The notes: generated from the sequence alone by a model not told the origin. DNA of 64,000 nucleotides from Acidimicrobiales bacterium (GCA_050744865.1 JBOGHW010000015.1:7554-71553), one strand, 5' to 3'. Numbered from the stretch's first letter, positions 17,166 through 26,474 are shown. Numbers and translations: made by a program.

Positions 17166-19805
17166 TCAGCCGCGGGCCAGCACCGCCTGCGCGGCAGCCA
17201 GCCGGGCGATCGGCACGCGGTACGGCGAGCAGCTCACGTAGTCGAGGCCAGCCTTGAAGAACGTGTCGATCGACGCCGGGTTGCCGCCATGCTCGCCGCA
17301 CACTCCGCACTTCAGTCCTGGGCTCGTGGCCCGGCCACGCTCGACGGCCAGGCGGACGAGCTCGCCCACCCCGGTGCTGTCGACTATCTCGAATGGGTTC
17401 GCACTGAGCAGACCCTTGTCCAAGTAGGCGGACATCATCCGGCCCTCGACGTCGTCGCGGCTGAAGCCGAACGTCATCTGGGTGAGGTCGTTGGTGCCGA
17501 ACGAGAAGAAGTCGGCCTCGGCTGCGATCTCCCCGGCCAAGAGTGCGGCCCGCGGCGTCTCGATCATCGTGCCGATCGTGATCTCGACACCGCTGCCTTC
17601 GCCGGCTGCGGTCTTGGCTGTCGCGGCGGCCTCTGCCACCCAGGAACGGGCGAGCGCAAGCTCTTCGCGGGACACGGTGAGCGGGATCATCACCTCGACG
17701 ACGGGGTGCCCGCCGGCCGCCACGCGGTCGTACGCAGCCTCCATCAGTGCCCGTACCTGCATGGCGTACAGGCCGGGCTTGAGGACGCCGAGACGGACAC
17801 CCCTCGTGCCGAGCATGGGGTTGGCCTCCCGCCAGGCACGGGCGGCGTCGTACAGCCGGCGCTCCTCCGGCGAGAGGCCTTCCTTGGCTTCCTTGACAGC
17901 GAGCGACTCGACATCGGGCAGGAACTCGTGCAGCGGCGGGTCGAGCAGGCGCACGACGACAGGCAGGCCGTCCATCGCCTCGAGGATGTCGTAGAAGTCC
18001 GCCTTCTGGGCCACGCGCAGCTCCTCCAGTGCCGCCGCCTCCGAGGCTTCGTCGTCGGCCAGGATCATGCGGCGGACTATCGGGAGGCGATCCTCCCCGA
18101 GAAACATATGCTCCGTCCTGCACAACCCGATCCCCTCGGCACCCAATCGCCTGGCGTTGGCCGAGTCCGGCCCGTTGTCGGCGTTCGCCCGCACGCCGAG
18201 GTGGCCGGCACGAATCGAGTCGGCCCAAGAGAGGATCTCCTCGAGCTCTGGCGGCGGCGTCGCCTCGGTGAGGGGAACGGACCCGGCTACGACAGAACCG
18301 GTCGAGCCGTCGATGGAGATGACGTCTCCCTCGGCGAGATCCGTACCTCCTATACGGACGGTCTTGCCGGCGACGTCGATCCGGAGCTGTTCGGCTCCGA
18401 CGACGGCCGGCTTGCCCCACCCGCGGGCAACCACGGCGGCGTGCGACACGAGGCCCCCTCGAGCGGTCAGGATCCCTTCGGCCGCGAGCATGCCGTGGAC
18501 GTCCTCGGGGCTCGTCTCGTTGCGCACGAGGATGACATGGCGTCCGGCGGCGGCCAGTTCGGCGGAAGCGTCGGCACTCAGGCAGATCTCGCCCACGGCG
18601 GCGCCCGGCGAAGCGCCGAGACCCTTGGTCAAGTTGGGTTGCGAGTGCTCGGCAAACTGCGGGTGGAGAACTCCGTCGATGTGGTCGGCCGTGATGCGCT
18701 GAACCGCCTCGTCATGCCGAAGCTTGATGACGTCGTCCGAAGTCATGTCGACAGCCATCCGTATCGCCGCCCGCCCGGTGCGCTTGCCGACCCGGGTCTG
18801 CAGCATCCAGAGCTTGCCCTGCTCGATCGTGAACTCGGTGTCGCACATGTCCCGGTAGTGGGCTTCCAAGCGGGCGAAGATGTCCATCAGCTCCGCGTAG
18901 ATAGCCGGGAAACGGTTGTCCAGGGCTGCCAGCGGCTCTGTGTTGCGGATGCCCGCCACGACGTCCTCCCCCTGGGCGTTGACCAGGAAGTCTCCGTAGG
19001 CACCCTGGGCACCGGTCGCCGGGTCGCGGGTGAACCCGACACCAGTGCCGGATTTTTCGTCCCGGTTCCCGAAGACCATCGCCTGGACGTTGACGGCCGT
19101 CCCGAGGTCGTGCGGGATGCCCTCGCGAACCCTGTAGGCAACGGCCCTCGGGCGGTTCCAGGAGCTGAATACTGCCTCGATGGCGCCCCTCAGCTGGTCG
19201 GCTGGTGCCTCGGGGAACTGGTTGCCCGTGTGGCCTTGCACGACAGCTTTCAGCTCGCCGACGAGCTTTTGCAGGACCTCAGATGGGATGTCGGCATCCG
19301 TCTTGGCGCCGCAGGCCTCTTTGGCGTCCTCGAGCGGGCGGTCGAGCGCCTCCCCCGGGACATCGAGGACGATCCGCCCGTACATCTGCACGAAGCGCCG
19401 CTGCGAGTCGTAGGCGAAGCGCTCGTCGCCGGTCTGGGCGGCCAGCCCCTGCACTGACTCGTCGTTGAGGCCGAGGTTCAGGACTGTGTCCATCATCCCC
19501 GGCATCGAGAACTTGGCCCCGGAGCGAACCGACACGAGCAGGGGATCGGCGCCATCGCCCAGCTTTCGGCCCATCTGCGACTCGAGCTTGGCCAGGTGCG
19601 TCTCGACCTCACCGGACAGGGATTCGGGCCAGCCACCTGCCATGTACTCGCGGCAGGCATCTGTCGAGATCGTGAAGCCATACGGTACGGGGAGCCCGAG
19701 CACCGAGGTCATCTCTGCCAGGTTGGCCCCTTTGCCACCCAGGAGGTCCTTCATCTCCATCGGCGGGCGGGAGTGCTCGTGGTCGAAGTCGAAGATGTAG
19801 GCCAT
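17166..19805 (-). CDS. ppdK: Pyruvate, phosphate dikinase
   Basis: 879 aa. The N-terminus is KDLLGGKGANLAEM. The phosphohistidine region is GGLVSHAAVVARGWGKP. C-terminal motifs are FSFGTNDLTQMT and GVCGEHGG. Confidence 0.95.
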   Translation of the reverse strand: MAYIFDFDHEHSRPPMEMKDLLGGKGANLAEMTSVLGLPVPYGFTISTDACREYMAGGWPESLSGEVETHLAKLESQMGRKLGDGADPLLVSVRSGAKFSMPGMMDTVLNLGLNDESVQGLAAQTGDERFAYDSQRRFVQMYGRIVLDVPGEALDRPLEDAKEACGAKTDADIPSEVLQKLVGELKAVVQGHTGNQFPEAPADQLRGAIEAVFSSWNRPRAVAYRVREGIPHDLGTAVNVQAMVFGNRDEKSGTGVGFTRDPATGAQGAYGDFLVNAQGEDVVAGIRNTEPLAALDNRFPAIYAELMDIFARLEAHYRDMCDTEFTIEQGKLWMLQTRVGKRTGRAAIRMAVDMTSDDVIKLRHDEAVQRITADHIDGVLHPQFAEHSQPNLTKGLGASPGAAVGEICLSADASAELAAAGRHVILVRNETSPEDVHGMLAAEGILTARGGLVSHAAVVARGWGKPAVVGAEQLRIDVAGKTVRIGGTDLAEGDVISIDGSTGSVVAGSVPLTEATPPPELEEILSWADSIRAGHLGVRANADNGPDSANARRLGAEGIGLCRTEHMFLGEDRLPIVRRMILADDEASEAAALEELRVAQKADFYDILEAMDGLPVVVRLLDPPLHEFLPDVESLAVKEAKEGLSPEERRLYDAARAWREANPMLGTRGVRLGVLKPGLYAMQVRALMEAAYDRVAAGGHPVVEVMIPLTVSREELALARSWVAEAAATAKTAAGEGSGVEITIGTMIETPRAALLAGEIAAEADFFSFGTNDLTQMTFGFSRDDVEGRMMSAYLDKGLLSANPFEIVDSTGVGELVRLAVERGRATSPGLKCGVCGEHGGNPASIDTFFKAGLDYVSCSPYRVPIARLAAAQAVLARG

Positions 19806-19856
19806 CTGGGTCGGTCCTTCCTCGGTGATCGGTTGTGCTGAGCCTAAGGCGGTCCT

Positions 19857-21197
19857 CTAGCCGGCCAGACGCACGGCGATGACCGACGGCAGATCGGATA
19901 TGGGCACTCGCTCCTGCAGTGTCGAGTCGCGGTCGCGCACGGTGACCGCACCGTCGTCGAGCGAGTCGAAGTCGATCGTCACGCACAGCGGCGTACCGAT
20001 CTCATCGTGGCGCCTGTAGCGCCGGCCGATCGCCTGCGTCTCGTCGTACTCGCACGAGAACAGGCGAGAAAGCGTGCGGAAGACTTCCTTGGCGACGGGG
20101 GTCAACGTGTCCTTCTTCGACAGGGGGAGGACCGCTACCTGGTAAGGGGCGATGCGGGGGTGCAACCGGAGCACGGTGCGCGGCTCTCCCGCCACCTCGT
20201 CCTCGTCGTAAGCCGCCAACAGGAAGGCCATCGTCGAGCGCGTCAGACCGAGGGCCGGCTCGATGGTGTGCGGCGTGTAGTGCTCGTTGCCGGCCTGGTC
20301 GAAGTACTCGAGCTTGACGCCGGAGTGCTTGGAGTGGGAGGTGAGGTCGTAGTCGGTACGGTTGGCGATCCCCTCAAGCTCACCCCAACCCCATGGGAAG
20401 AGGAACTCCACGTCGGCGGTCTCCGACGAGTAGTGGGAGCGCTCCTCGGCATCGTGCTTGCGGAGCCTGAGCATCGAGGTGGGGATGCCGAAGCGGGTGT
20501 GCCACGCGTAGCGCTCGGCGCACCAGTACTCGAACCACTTCGACCCTTCGCTCGGTGGCACGAAGTACTCCAGTTCCATCACTTCGAACTCGCGGGTACG
20601 GAAGACGAAGTTGCCGGGAGTGATCTCGTTTCGAAAGACGCGGCCGATCTGCGCGATCCCGAAGGGAGGCTTCTTGCGCGTCGTCTGCAGCACAGCCAAG
20701 AAGTTGACGAACATGCCCTGGGCCGACTCGGGCCGCAAGTAGGCGACCGAAGCCGTGTCCTCGACCGGGCCGACGAACGTCTTGAACATCAAGTTGAACG
20801 GGCGCGCCTCGGTCAGGTCGGTCGACCCGCAGTTCGGGCACGTACCGTCGACCTGGTCGGCGCGCCAACGCTCCTTGCACTTGCGGCAGTCCACCAGCGG
20901 GTCGGTGAAGGTGGCGAGGTGGCCGGACGCCTCCCAGACCTTGGGGTTGGTAAGGATGGCGGCGTCGATCGGGACGACGTCCTCCCGCTCCTGCACCATC
21001 GAGCGCCACCAGGCTTCCCGCACGTTGCGGAGCATTAGGGCACCGAGCGGCCCGTAGTCGTACGTAGAGCGGATGCCTCCGTATATCTCGGCGCTTGGGA
21101 ACACGAAGCCCCTGCGCTTGCAGAGGTTCACCACCTTGTCGAAGAGCTCCGGTCTCCCGACGAGCTCCGGGCTTGCTGCGCTGCCTTCCTGCTCCAT
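19857..21197 (-). CDS. glyQS: Glycine--tRNA ligase (alpha2 dimeric type)
   Basis: 446 aa. The N-terminus is CKRRGFVFPSAEIYGG..STYDYGPLG. Class II motifs include FRNEITPGNFVFRTREFEVMELEYF. Confidence 0.92.
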   Translation of the reverse strand: MEQEGSAASPELVGRPELFDKVVNLCKRRGFVFPSAEIYGGIRSTYDYGPLGALMLRNVREAWWRSMVQEREDVVPIDAAILTNPKVWEASGHLATFTDPLVDCRKCKERWRADQVDGTCPNCGSTDLTEARPFNLMFKTFVGPVEDTASVAYLRPESAQGMFVNFLAVLQTTRKKPPFGIAQIGRVFRNEITPGNFVFRTREFEVMELEYFVPPSEGSKWFEYWCAERYAWHTRFGIPTSMLRLRKHDAEERSHYSSETADVEFLFPWGWGELEGIANRTDYDLTSHSKHSGVKLEYFDQAGNEHYTPHTIEPALGLTRSTMAFLLAAYDEDEVAGEPRTVLRLHPRIAPYQVAVLPLSKKDTLTPVAKEVFRTLSRLFSCEYDETQAIGRRYRRHDEIGTPLCVTIDFDSLDDGAVTVRDRDSTLQERVPISDLPSVIAVRLAG

Positions 21198-21352
21198 CGC
21201 ACGAGGTTAGTCGGGCGCCGGCAGGGGCTCGGTTGACGGAAGCTCGGGGCCAGGTACCGATGTTTCCCTGTTGGGAAGCCAGGCACAACTTTGGCCTCGT
21301 GCAGCCACTTGGTAGGTTGTGCTCCGGGCAAACGGCGAAGAGGGGTGATGTC

Positions 21353-23434
21353 GTGAACCGAGGCAGAGCAAGGCGCGCGCGGTACACCGCCTGGGCAGTG
21401 GCCGCCACGGCCGGCTTGCTGGCGGCGAACGTCTTGACGGGGGCCGGCGGCGCGGCGGCTCAAGCTCTGGGCGCGTCACCGAAGTGGAGCGTCCAAAGGG
21501 CCTTTTCGCTCGGTGCCGCTTTGCTGGACTCCGTGAGCTGTACGTCCGTGTCGGCGTGCGTCGCGGTCGGCCAGAACACCTACGGGTCGGGCAGCGCTAT
21601 CCGCACTGGCGACGCCGGGTTGAAGTGGACGGCCTCCGTGGTACCGGCGCAGTCCAGCCAGCTGGAGAGCGTCTCGTGCGTCTCGCCGTCATTCTGCGAA
21701 GCGGTTGGCCAGACAGCCAGCTATGGCGGGCTCGCCTTGGGCTCTACCGATGGGGGCGCCAGCTGGACAACCCAGGTGCTCCCGCGGCTGCCGGCCGGCC
21801 TATCGGTACTGGACTCCGTCTCCTGCGGCTCAACCTCGTTCTGTGTAGCCACTGGCCAGAACGACTCCGACGGCCCTGCCGGCCCGGGACCGGTCCTGCT
21901 CACGACCGTCAACGGGGGCGTGGCATGGATGGGGCAGTCGCTTCCGGGCGACGTCGGCTATCTCTTCGCAGCGTCCTGTGCGTCGACGACGAGGTGCGAG
22001 GCCGTCGGCTTCTCGGTCGACTCCGATGGCGACTTCACTGGCTCGGTCGCCATCGGCACGACAGACGCCGGATCAACCTGGTCGCTGCAGTCGATCCCGA
22101 AAGGCACTTACAGCCTTGACGCCGTCGACTGCCCGTCGCCGTCGACTTGCGAGGCGGCCGGCACAAACGGCGGCAGGAACGACGCGGTGGCGCTGCGAAC
22201 GGTGAACGGTGGGGCTTCGTGGGTCGCGCAGGCGTTACCGGCGGGGCGGCTCGGTGCCGCCGACGCTGTCTCTTGTGCCAACACGATCGATTGCGAAGTG
22301 GACGGCAACCCAGCCCATAGCGCTCTTCGCACGACGAACGGTGGAGCTTCCTGGAAAGTCCAGCCGCTCCCGCCGGGGGCCGGAGGGGGCCTGAACGGCA
22401 TCGCTTGCCCGTCTCGCACCGAATGCCAGACCGTTGGGGACAGCTCGAACGGGACGGTCTATCGGGGTGTCGGCGTAGTGTTCCGGCTCACCGACCCCGG
22501 TGCCGGCTGGTCGGGTGGCCCGGCTCCTGCAGGCGTGGATCTGAACGGCATCGCCTGCAGGGGTTCGTCGCTCTGCGTCACAGTCGGGTCGAACGGAGGC
22601 TTGACCGCCGCGATCGTGGACCGCACCACAGATGGTGGGGGCACGTGGGTCCCCGCACACCTGCCTGGCGGGTTCGCGAGCCTGAACGCCGTGGACTGTG
22701 AGTCGTCCTCGCTCTGCATTGCCGTCGGCTCGACCACCGCCGGCGCCGGGGCTGTAGTCCGCTCGACAAATAGCGGTGCTACTTGGGAGACCGAAAGATT
22801 GCCAGCTGGGGTCGGCGAGCTCTACGGAGTCTCCTGCCCTTCGAGCCAGGTCTGCGAGGCTGTCGAGAACGACGCTGTGGCCGTCCGGACCACTGACGGT
22901 GGCACGGCTTGGGTAAAGCAGACGCTCCCGTCGAGCATCTCCCAGCCGAAGGCCATCGCTTGCGGATCAGTATCCGACTGCCAAGTTGTCGGCACCTCCG
23001 GGTCCTTTCAAGACAGCGCTGTCCGCACAACCGACGGCGGTAGCAGTTGGGTGCCGGAGACCCTGCCCGGCGGCGCCAACAACACTGGCCTCACCAGCGT
23101 GGCCTGCCCGTCGGCCTCCGTCTGCTACGCGACCAACTTAATAGGACGGCCGCCCGTCCTCAAGACCACCGACGGGGGTTCCCTGTGGGTCGCCGAGAGC
23201 TTCCCGACCGGCGAATCGGTCCTGGACGTCTCGTGCACCTCGACGTTGGACTGCCAGGGTGTCGCACGCAAGATCGGAGCTGGCTTCGTCGTCAGCACGA
23301 CGGACGGCGGTACGTCCTGGGCCGCGACGACCCTGCCGAAAGTCGCCCCGACGACTATCTCCTGCAGCGGCCCGACAGCATGCGAGGCGCTCGGGGAGTC
23401 CGATCAGGAGACACTGATCCTTGGCGGGCCCTGA
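21353..23434 (+). CDS. Secreted beta-propeller protein with 14 Asp-box (BNR-like) blades, each carrying a C-x5-C pair
   Basis: Start is GTG 21353 after GAAGAGGGG. The ORF-track start at 21095 would overlap glyQS. The signal peptide is RRARYTAWAVAATAGLLAANVLTGAGGAAAQA. There are 14 repeats of about 47 aa with SxSCxSxSxCxAVG plus T(T/V)(D/N)GGxSW (for example STDGGASWT, TVNGGVAWM, TTDGGGTWV). Confidence 0.8.
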   Translation: MNRGRARRARYTAWAVAATAGLLAANVLTGAGGAAAQALGASPKWSVQRAFSLGAALLDSVSCTSVSACVAVGQNTYGSGSAIRTGDAGLKWTASVVPAQSSQLESVSCVSPSFCEAVGQTASYGGLALGSTDGGASWTTQVLPRLPAGLSVLDSVSCGSTSFCVATGQNDSDGPAGPGPVLLTTVNGGVAWMGQSLPGDVGYLFAASCASTTRCEAVGFSVDSDGDFTGSVAIGTTDAGSTWSLQSIPKGTYSLDAVDCPSPSTCEAAGTNGGRNDAVALRTVNGGASWVAQALPAGRLGAADAVSCANTIDCEVDGNPAHSALRTTNGGASWKVQPLPPGAGGGLNGIACPSRTECQTVGDSSNGTVYRGVGVVFRLTDPGAGWSGGPAPAGVDLNGIACRGSSLCVTVGSNGGLTAAIVDRTTDGGGTWVPAHLPGGFASLNAVDCESSSLCIAVGSTTAGAGAVVRSTNSGATWETERLPAGVGELYGVSCPSSQVCEAVENDAVAVRTTDGGTAWVKQTLPSSISQPKAIACGSVSDCQVVGTSGSFQDSAVRTTDGGSSWVPETLPGGANNTGLTSVACPSASVCYATNLIGRPPVLKTTDGGSLWVAESFPTGESVLDVSCTSTLDCQGVARKIGAGFVVSTTDGGTSWAATTLPKVAPTTISCSGPTACEALGESDQETLILGGP

Positions 23435-23460
23435 CCGCCGGCACCGCGAGCCATCGCCGC

Positions 23461-24591
23461 TCAGGGCCTCTCGAGCACCCGGTGCCAGGCCCGCTCCATG
23501 CCGGCGGCAAGGCAGCCTTCGACCACGGCGTCGTCGCCGAGAGCGCTCACCCGGATCTCAGGCACGAAAGGCGCCATGTCCTGGAGTGCCTCGACAACGT
23601 GAGTGGCGAAGCCCAGGGCCTGCCCGATCCCGCCGCCGAGCACGATCAAGTCCGGATCGACGACGGCGATGACCGAAGCCAGCGCCTTTGCGACGAGCAG
23701 TGCTTCGCCTTTCACGATCTGCAGCGCCCTCTCGTCGCCGGCAGCGGCGTCGGCGAAGACTCGCCTTGCCGACAGACCGCTCGGCTTCATGCCGAGCCGC
23801 CGGGCCGACCGCACTATCGCCGAAGCCGAGGCGGACGCCTCGAGCATGCCCCGGCGCCGCACCTCAGCGGCGTCCACGTCCTCGCCGGAGATAGGGAGGT
23901 AGGCGATCTCGCCGGCCGCGCCGTGGCGCCCTCGGTGGAGCTTGCCGTCGACGACGAGACCCAAGCCGATGCCGGTACCGACAGATACGAAGGCGAACGT
24001 CTCTACGCCTCGGCCGTGTCCGTTGTCGCGCTCGGCCAGGGCGGCCACGTCGACGTCGTTCTCGACGACGACAGTCTTGCCGAACATGCGCCGCAGATCG
24101 GTGAGAACAGTTGGTTGCTCCCACCCGGGGAGGGTGCGGGCCATCGTCAGCGCACCCTTCTCGGGGTCGTAGACACCGGGGCTGCCGACCACGGTCTGGG
24201 TCACTTTCGAGCGGGTGAGGCGGGCGGAGGCCGTGAGGTCGTCCGCCAAGGCAGCCAGCTCGGCGAGGCGGCCCTCGGCCGAAGGCGCTGTTGCCCGGCG
24301 GCTCGCCTTGGCCCGTACGGCCCCCGACAGGTCTGCGAGCGCGCCGCGCACGTACTCGTGCCCGACGTCCAGCCCGAGCACGTACCCGGCCTCGGGACGG
24401 ACCTCGTAAAGCACCGCGGCGGGACCGCGCACGCCGGTGCGGTGACCGGCGGAACGGACAAGCCCGTCGCGCTCGAGGTTGGCAAGCGCCAGGGCGACCG
24501 TCGGCTTGGAGAGGCCGGAGATGCGAGCCAACTCGGCCCGGGACAGCGGTCCGCCGGCGCGGACCTCGTCGAGGAGCAACGCCTCGTTCAT
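23461..24591 (-). CDS. ROK-family transcriptional regulator (NagC/Mlc-like)
   Basis: The start moves to ATG 24591 (MNEALLLDEVRAGGPLSRAELARISGLSKPTVALALANLERDGLV, a wHTH). The ROK signature is VSVGTGIGLGLVVDGKLHRGRHGAAGEIAY. The usual CxCGxxGC zinc motif is not seen. It is divergent from the GH20 gene. Confidence 0.85.
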   Translation of the reverse strand: MNEALLLDEVRAGGPLSRAELARISGLSKPTVALALANLERDGLVRSAGHRTGVRGPAAVLYEVRPEAGYVLGLDVGHEYVRGALADLSGAVRAKASRRATAPSAEGRLAELAALADDLTASARLTRSKVTQTVVGSPGVYDPEKGALTMARTLPGWEQPTVLTDLRRMFGKTVVVENDVDVAALAERDNGHGRGVETFAFVSVGTGIGLGLVVDGKLHRGRHGAAGEIAYLPISGEDVDAAEVRRRGMLEASASASAIVRSARRLGMKPSGLSARRVFADAAAGDERALQIVKGEALLVAKALASVIAVVDPDLIVLGGGIGQALGFATHVVEALQDMAPFVPEIRVSALGDDAVVEGCLAAGMERAWHRVLERP

Positions 24592-24711
24592 GACTCGGAT
24601 GAGCTGCGGGCGAGCAGCGCCCTGGCTCTGCAAAGGGAGCCTCACTCGGCCCTCCGGCGCGGCAGTTGGGTCTTCGGCACGGCTGTGATGTTGGCAGGTA
24701 CCTTCGTCCAA

Positions 24712-24739
24712 CGAAATGATAGAACAGTTTACTATTACG
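24712..24739. promoter_or_regulatory. AT-rich patch with an imperfect dyad (ATAG-N9-CTAT), a candidate operator/promoter element for the ROK/GH20 divergon
   Basis: The sequence is cgaaatgatagaacagtttactattacg. It is the most AT-rich 28 nt I saw in an intergenic region here, and it sits immediately before ATG 24740. Confidence 0.3.
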
Positions 24740-26467
24740 ATGAGCGAGGGTCCGAGCTTGACCGAGAACCGGCTCGCTGCCGCCAGGCCGATCGTGCCGG
24801 CGCCGCGCCAATACCGCATCTCCGAGGGCACGGTCATCCTGCACGACGGCTTCACTATCGAGTGCCCGGAGGAGCTTGTCCCTGTGGCACGGTGGTTCAG
24901 GCGCGCGATCGAGGTGGCGACCGGCTGGAGAGTCGAGATCGGCTCGGCGGGCGGCGCCGAGCAGGGCGGACGAGACCAGGAAGGAGCCAAGCAGGGGAAA
25001 GGTGGTCAGGGTGCCGTGCGCCTGGTTCTCCACCCACTCGATCCGGAGGCGGCCCCTGGCCCGCGGAGCGGCCTGCCGGGCCTGGCTGCCGAGAGCTACG
25101 AGCTGCGGGTGGCCCCAGGCGCCGTGACGATAACGGGCCGAGGCGCGGCCGGCGTGTTCTACGGGCTGCAGACCTTGCGCCAGCTGATGCCCGACGCGCT
25201 CTGGCGCTCGGCGCCCGAAGGTAGCTCTCCGGTTCCTGCCGTCGAGATCCCTTGCATCGCGATCGACGACGTGCCCGGCTACGCGTGGCGTGGGGTGCAT
25301 CTTGACGTTTCCCGCCACTTCATGCCGAAGTCGTTCGTCTTGAAGCTCGTCGACCTCCTGGCGATGCACAAGTGCAACGTGCTCCATCTGCACTTGACCG
25401 ACGACCAGGGCTGGCGCATGGCGATCGAGAAGTACCCCCGCTTGACCGAGGTGGGGGCGTGGCGGCGGGAGTCTCAGGGCGGTCACGACCAGGACATTGG
25501 CGATGGCCGACCGCATGGCGGCTTTTACTCCAAGGCGGACTTGCGCGAGATCGTGGCTTACGCGGCCGAGCGCTACGTGTCGGTGCTGCCCGAAGTGGAC
25601 ATGCCCGGGCACATGGTCGCAGCCATTGCCGCCTATCCCGAGCTGGGCAACACCGGCGAGCAACGAGAGGTCATGACGACATGGGGGATCTCCGAGCACG
25701 TGCTCAACTTGGGGGCGCGGGCGTTGCGTTTCTGCGAGGAAGTGCTCGACGAGGTCGTAGACGTCTTCCCCTTCGCATACGTGCACGTCGGAGGCGACGA
25801 GTGCCCCGTCACCGAGTGGGAGTCGAGCGAGGCGGCCCAGATGCTGATGGCCGAGGCGGGCTGCACCGAGGCTCGCCGGCTGCAGGGCTGGTTCACCGCT
25901 CGCATGGCCGATCACCTGGCCCGCCGGGGCAGGATCCTCGTCGGCTGGGACGAGATTCTCGACGGCGGCGCTCCTGCCGGCTCGGTGGTGATGTCGTGGC
26001 GGGGTGAGGAGGGCGGGGTGAAGGCCGCTGCTGCCGGCCACGAGGTGGTCATGGCGCCGGTGCAGTGGCTGTACTTCGACTGGTCCTACATCGACGACCC
26101 CGCTGAGCCCGTTGCGATCTGGTCGGCTACGAGCGTCGAGCGGGTGTACAAGTACGACCCGTGTTTCTCTGTCGAGCCCGCCTGGCGCCACCGAGTGCTC
26201 GGAGCACAGTGCCAGCTCTGGACGGAGTACGTGGCCACTCCGGAGCACGCCGAGTACATGTACTTCCCACGGGTCTGCGCCTTCTCCGAAGTGGCGTGGG
26301 CCGGCGGCCGGGACGTGGCGAGAGAGCCGTACGACGAGTTCGAGGATCGCCTGGCGGACCATCTCGGGCGCCTGCAGGCTCTTGGCGTCAACTACCGGCC
26401 CATGGACGGGCCGACGCCCGGGCAAGCCCGTGTCTGGGGAGCCGTGGCGCAGACTCCGTTGGCATGA
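24740..26467 (+). CDS. Beta-N-acetylhexosaminidase (GH20), apparently cytoplasmic
   Basis: Motifs are RGVHLDVSRHF, HLHLTDDQGWR and the catalytic HVGGDEC. No signal peptide is visible. I prefer ATG 24740 over 24716 because the 8 upstream codons are atypically AT-rich. Confidence 0.88.
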   Translation: MSEGPSLTENRLAAARPIVPAPRQYRISEGTVILHDGFTIECPEELVPVARWFRRAIEVATGWRVEIGSAGGAEQGGRDQEGAKQGKGGQGAVRLVLHPLDPEAAPGPRSGLPGLAAESYELRVAPGAVTITGRGAAGVFYGLQTLRQLMPDALWRSAPEGSSPVPAVEIPCIAIDDVPGYAWRGVHLDVSRHFMPKSFVLKLVDLLAMHKCNVLHLHLTDDQGWRMAIEKYPRLTEVGAWRRESQGGHDQDIGDGRPHGGFYSKADLREIVAYAAERYVSVLPEVDMPGHMVAAIAAYPELGNTGEQREVMTTWGISEHVLNLGARALRFCEEVLDEVVDVFPFAYVHVGGDECPVTEWESSEAAQMLMAEAGCTEARRLQGWFTARMADHLARRGRILVGWDEILDGGAPAGSVVMSWRGEEGGVKAAAAGHEVVMAPVQWLYFDWSYIDDPAEPVAIWSATSVERVYKYDPCFSVEPAWRHRVLGAQCQLWTEYVATPEHAEYMYFPRVCAFSEVAWAGGRDVAREPYDEFEDRLADHLGRLQALGVNYRPMDGPTPGQARVWGAVAQTPLA

Positions 26468-26474
26468 TGTCCAC

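Noticed and set aside
16447-19457. Very long ORFs (657 aa on the minus strand, 936 aa on the plus strand) overlapping dnaG and ppdK.
   Set aside because: Their composition is dominated by Arg/Gly/Pro/Asp with no motifs. They lie out of frame with, or antisense to, unambiguous DnaG and PPDK reading frames. These are typical high-GC stop-codon-free shadows.
21198-21352. Possible T-box leader upstream of glyQS; the minus strand contains ...CAUCGGUACCUGG..., reminiscent of the GGUGGUACC T-box core.
   Set aside because: Only the GGUACC hexamer matches. I could not find a stem I/specifier (GGC) architecture or an antiterminator/anti-sequestrator. The region is only about 155 nt and is shared with a divergent promoter. 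An Infernal scan could confirm the negative.
23864-26425. 853-aa minus-strand ORF antisense to the GH20 gene and overlapping the ROK gene.
   Set aside because: Its sequence is Arg/Pro-rich nonsense. The GH20 (+) and ROK (-, different frame) genes explain the region with clear catalytic and HTH motifs.
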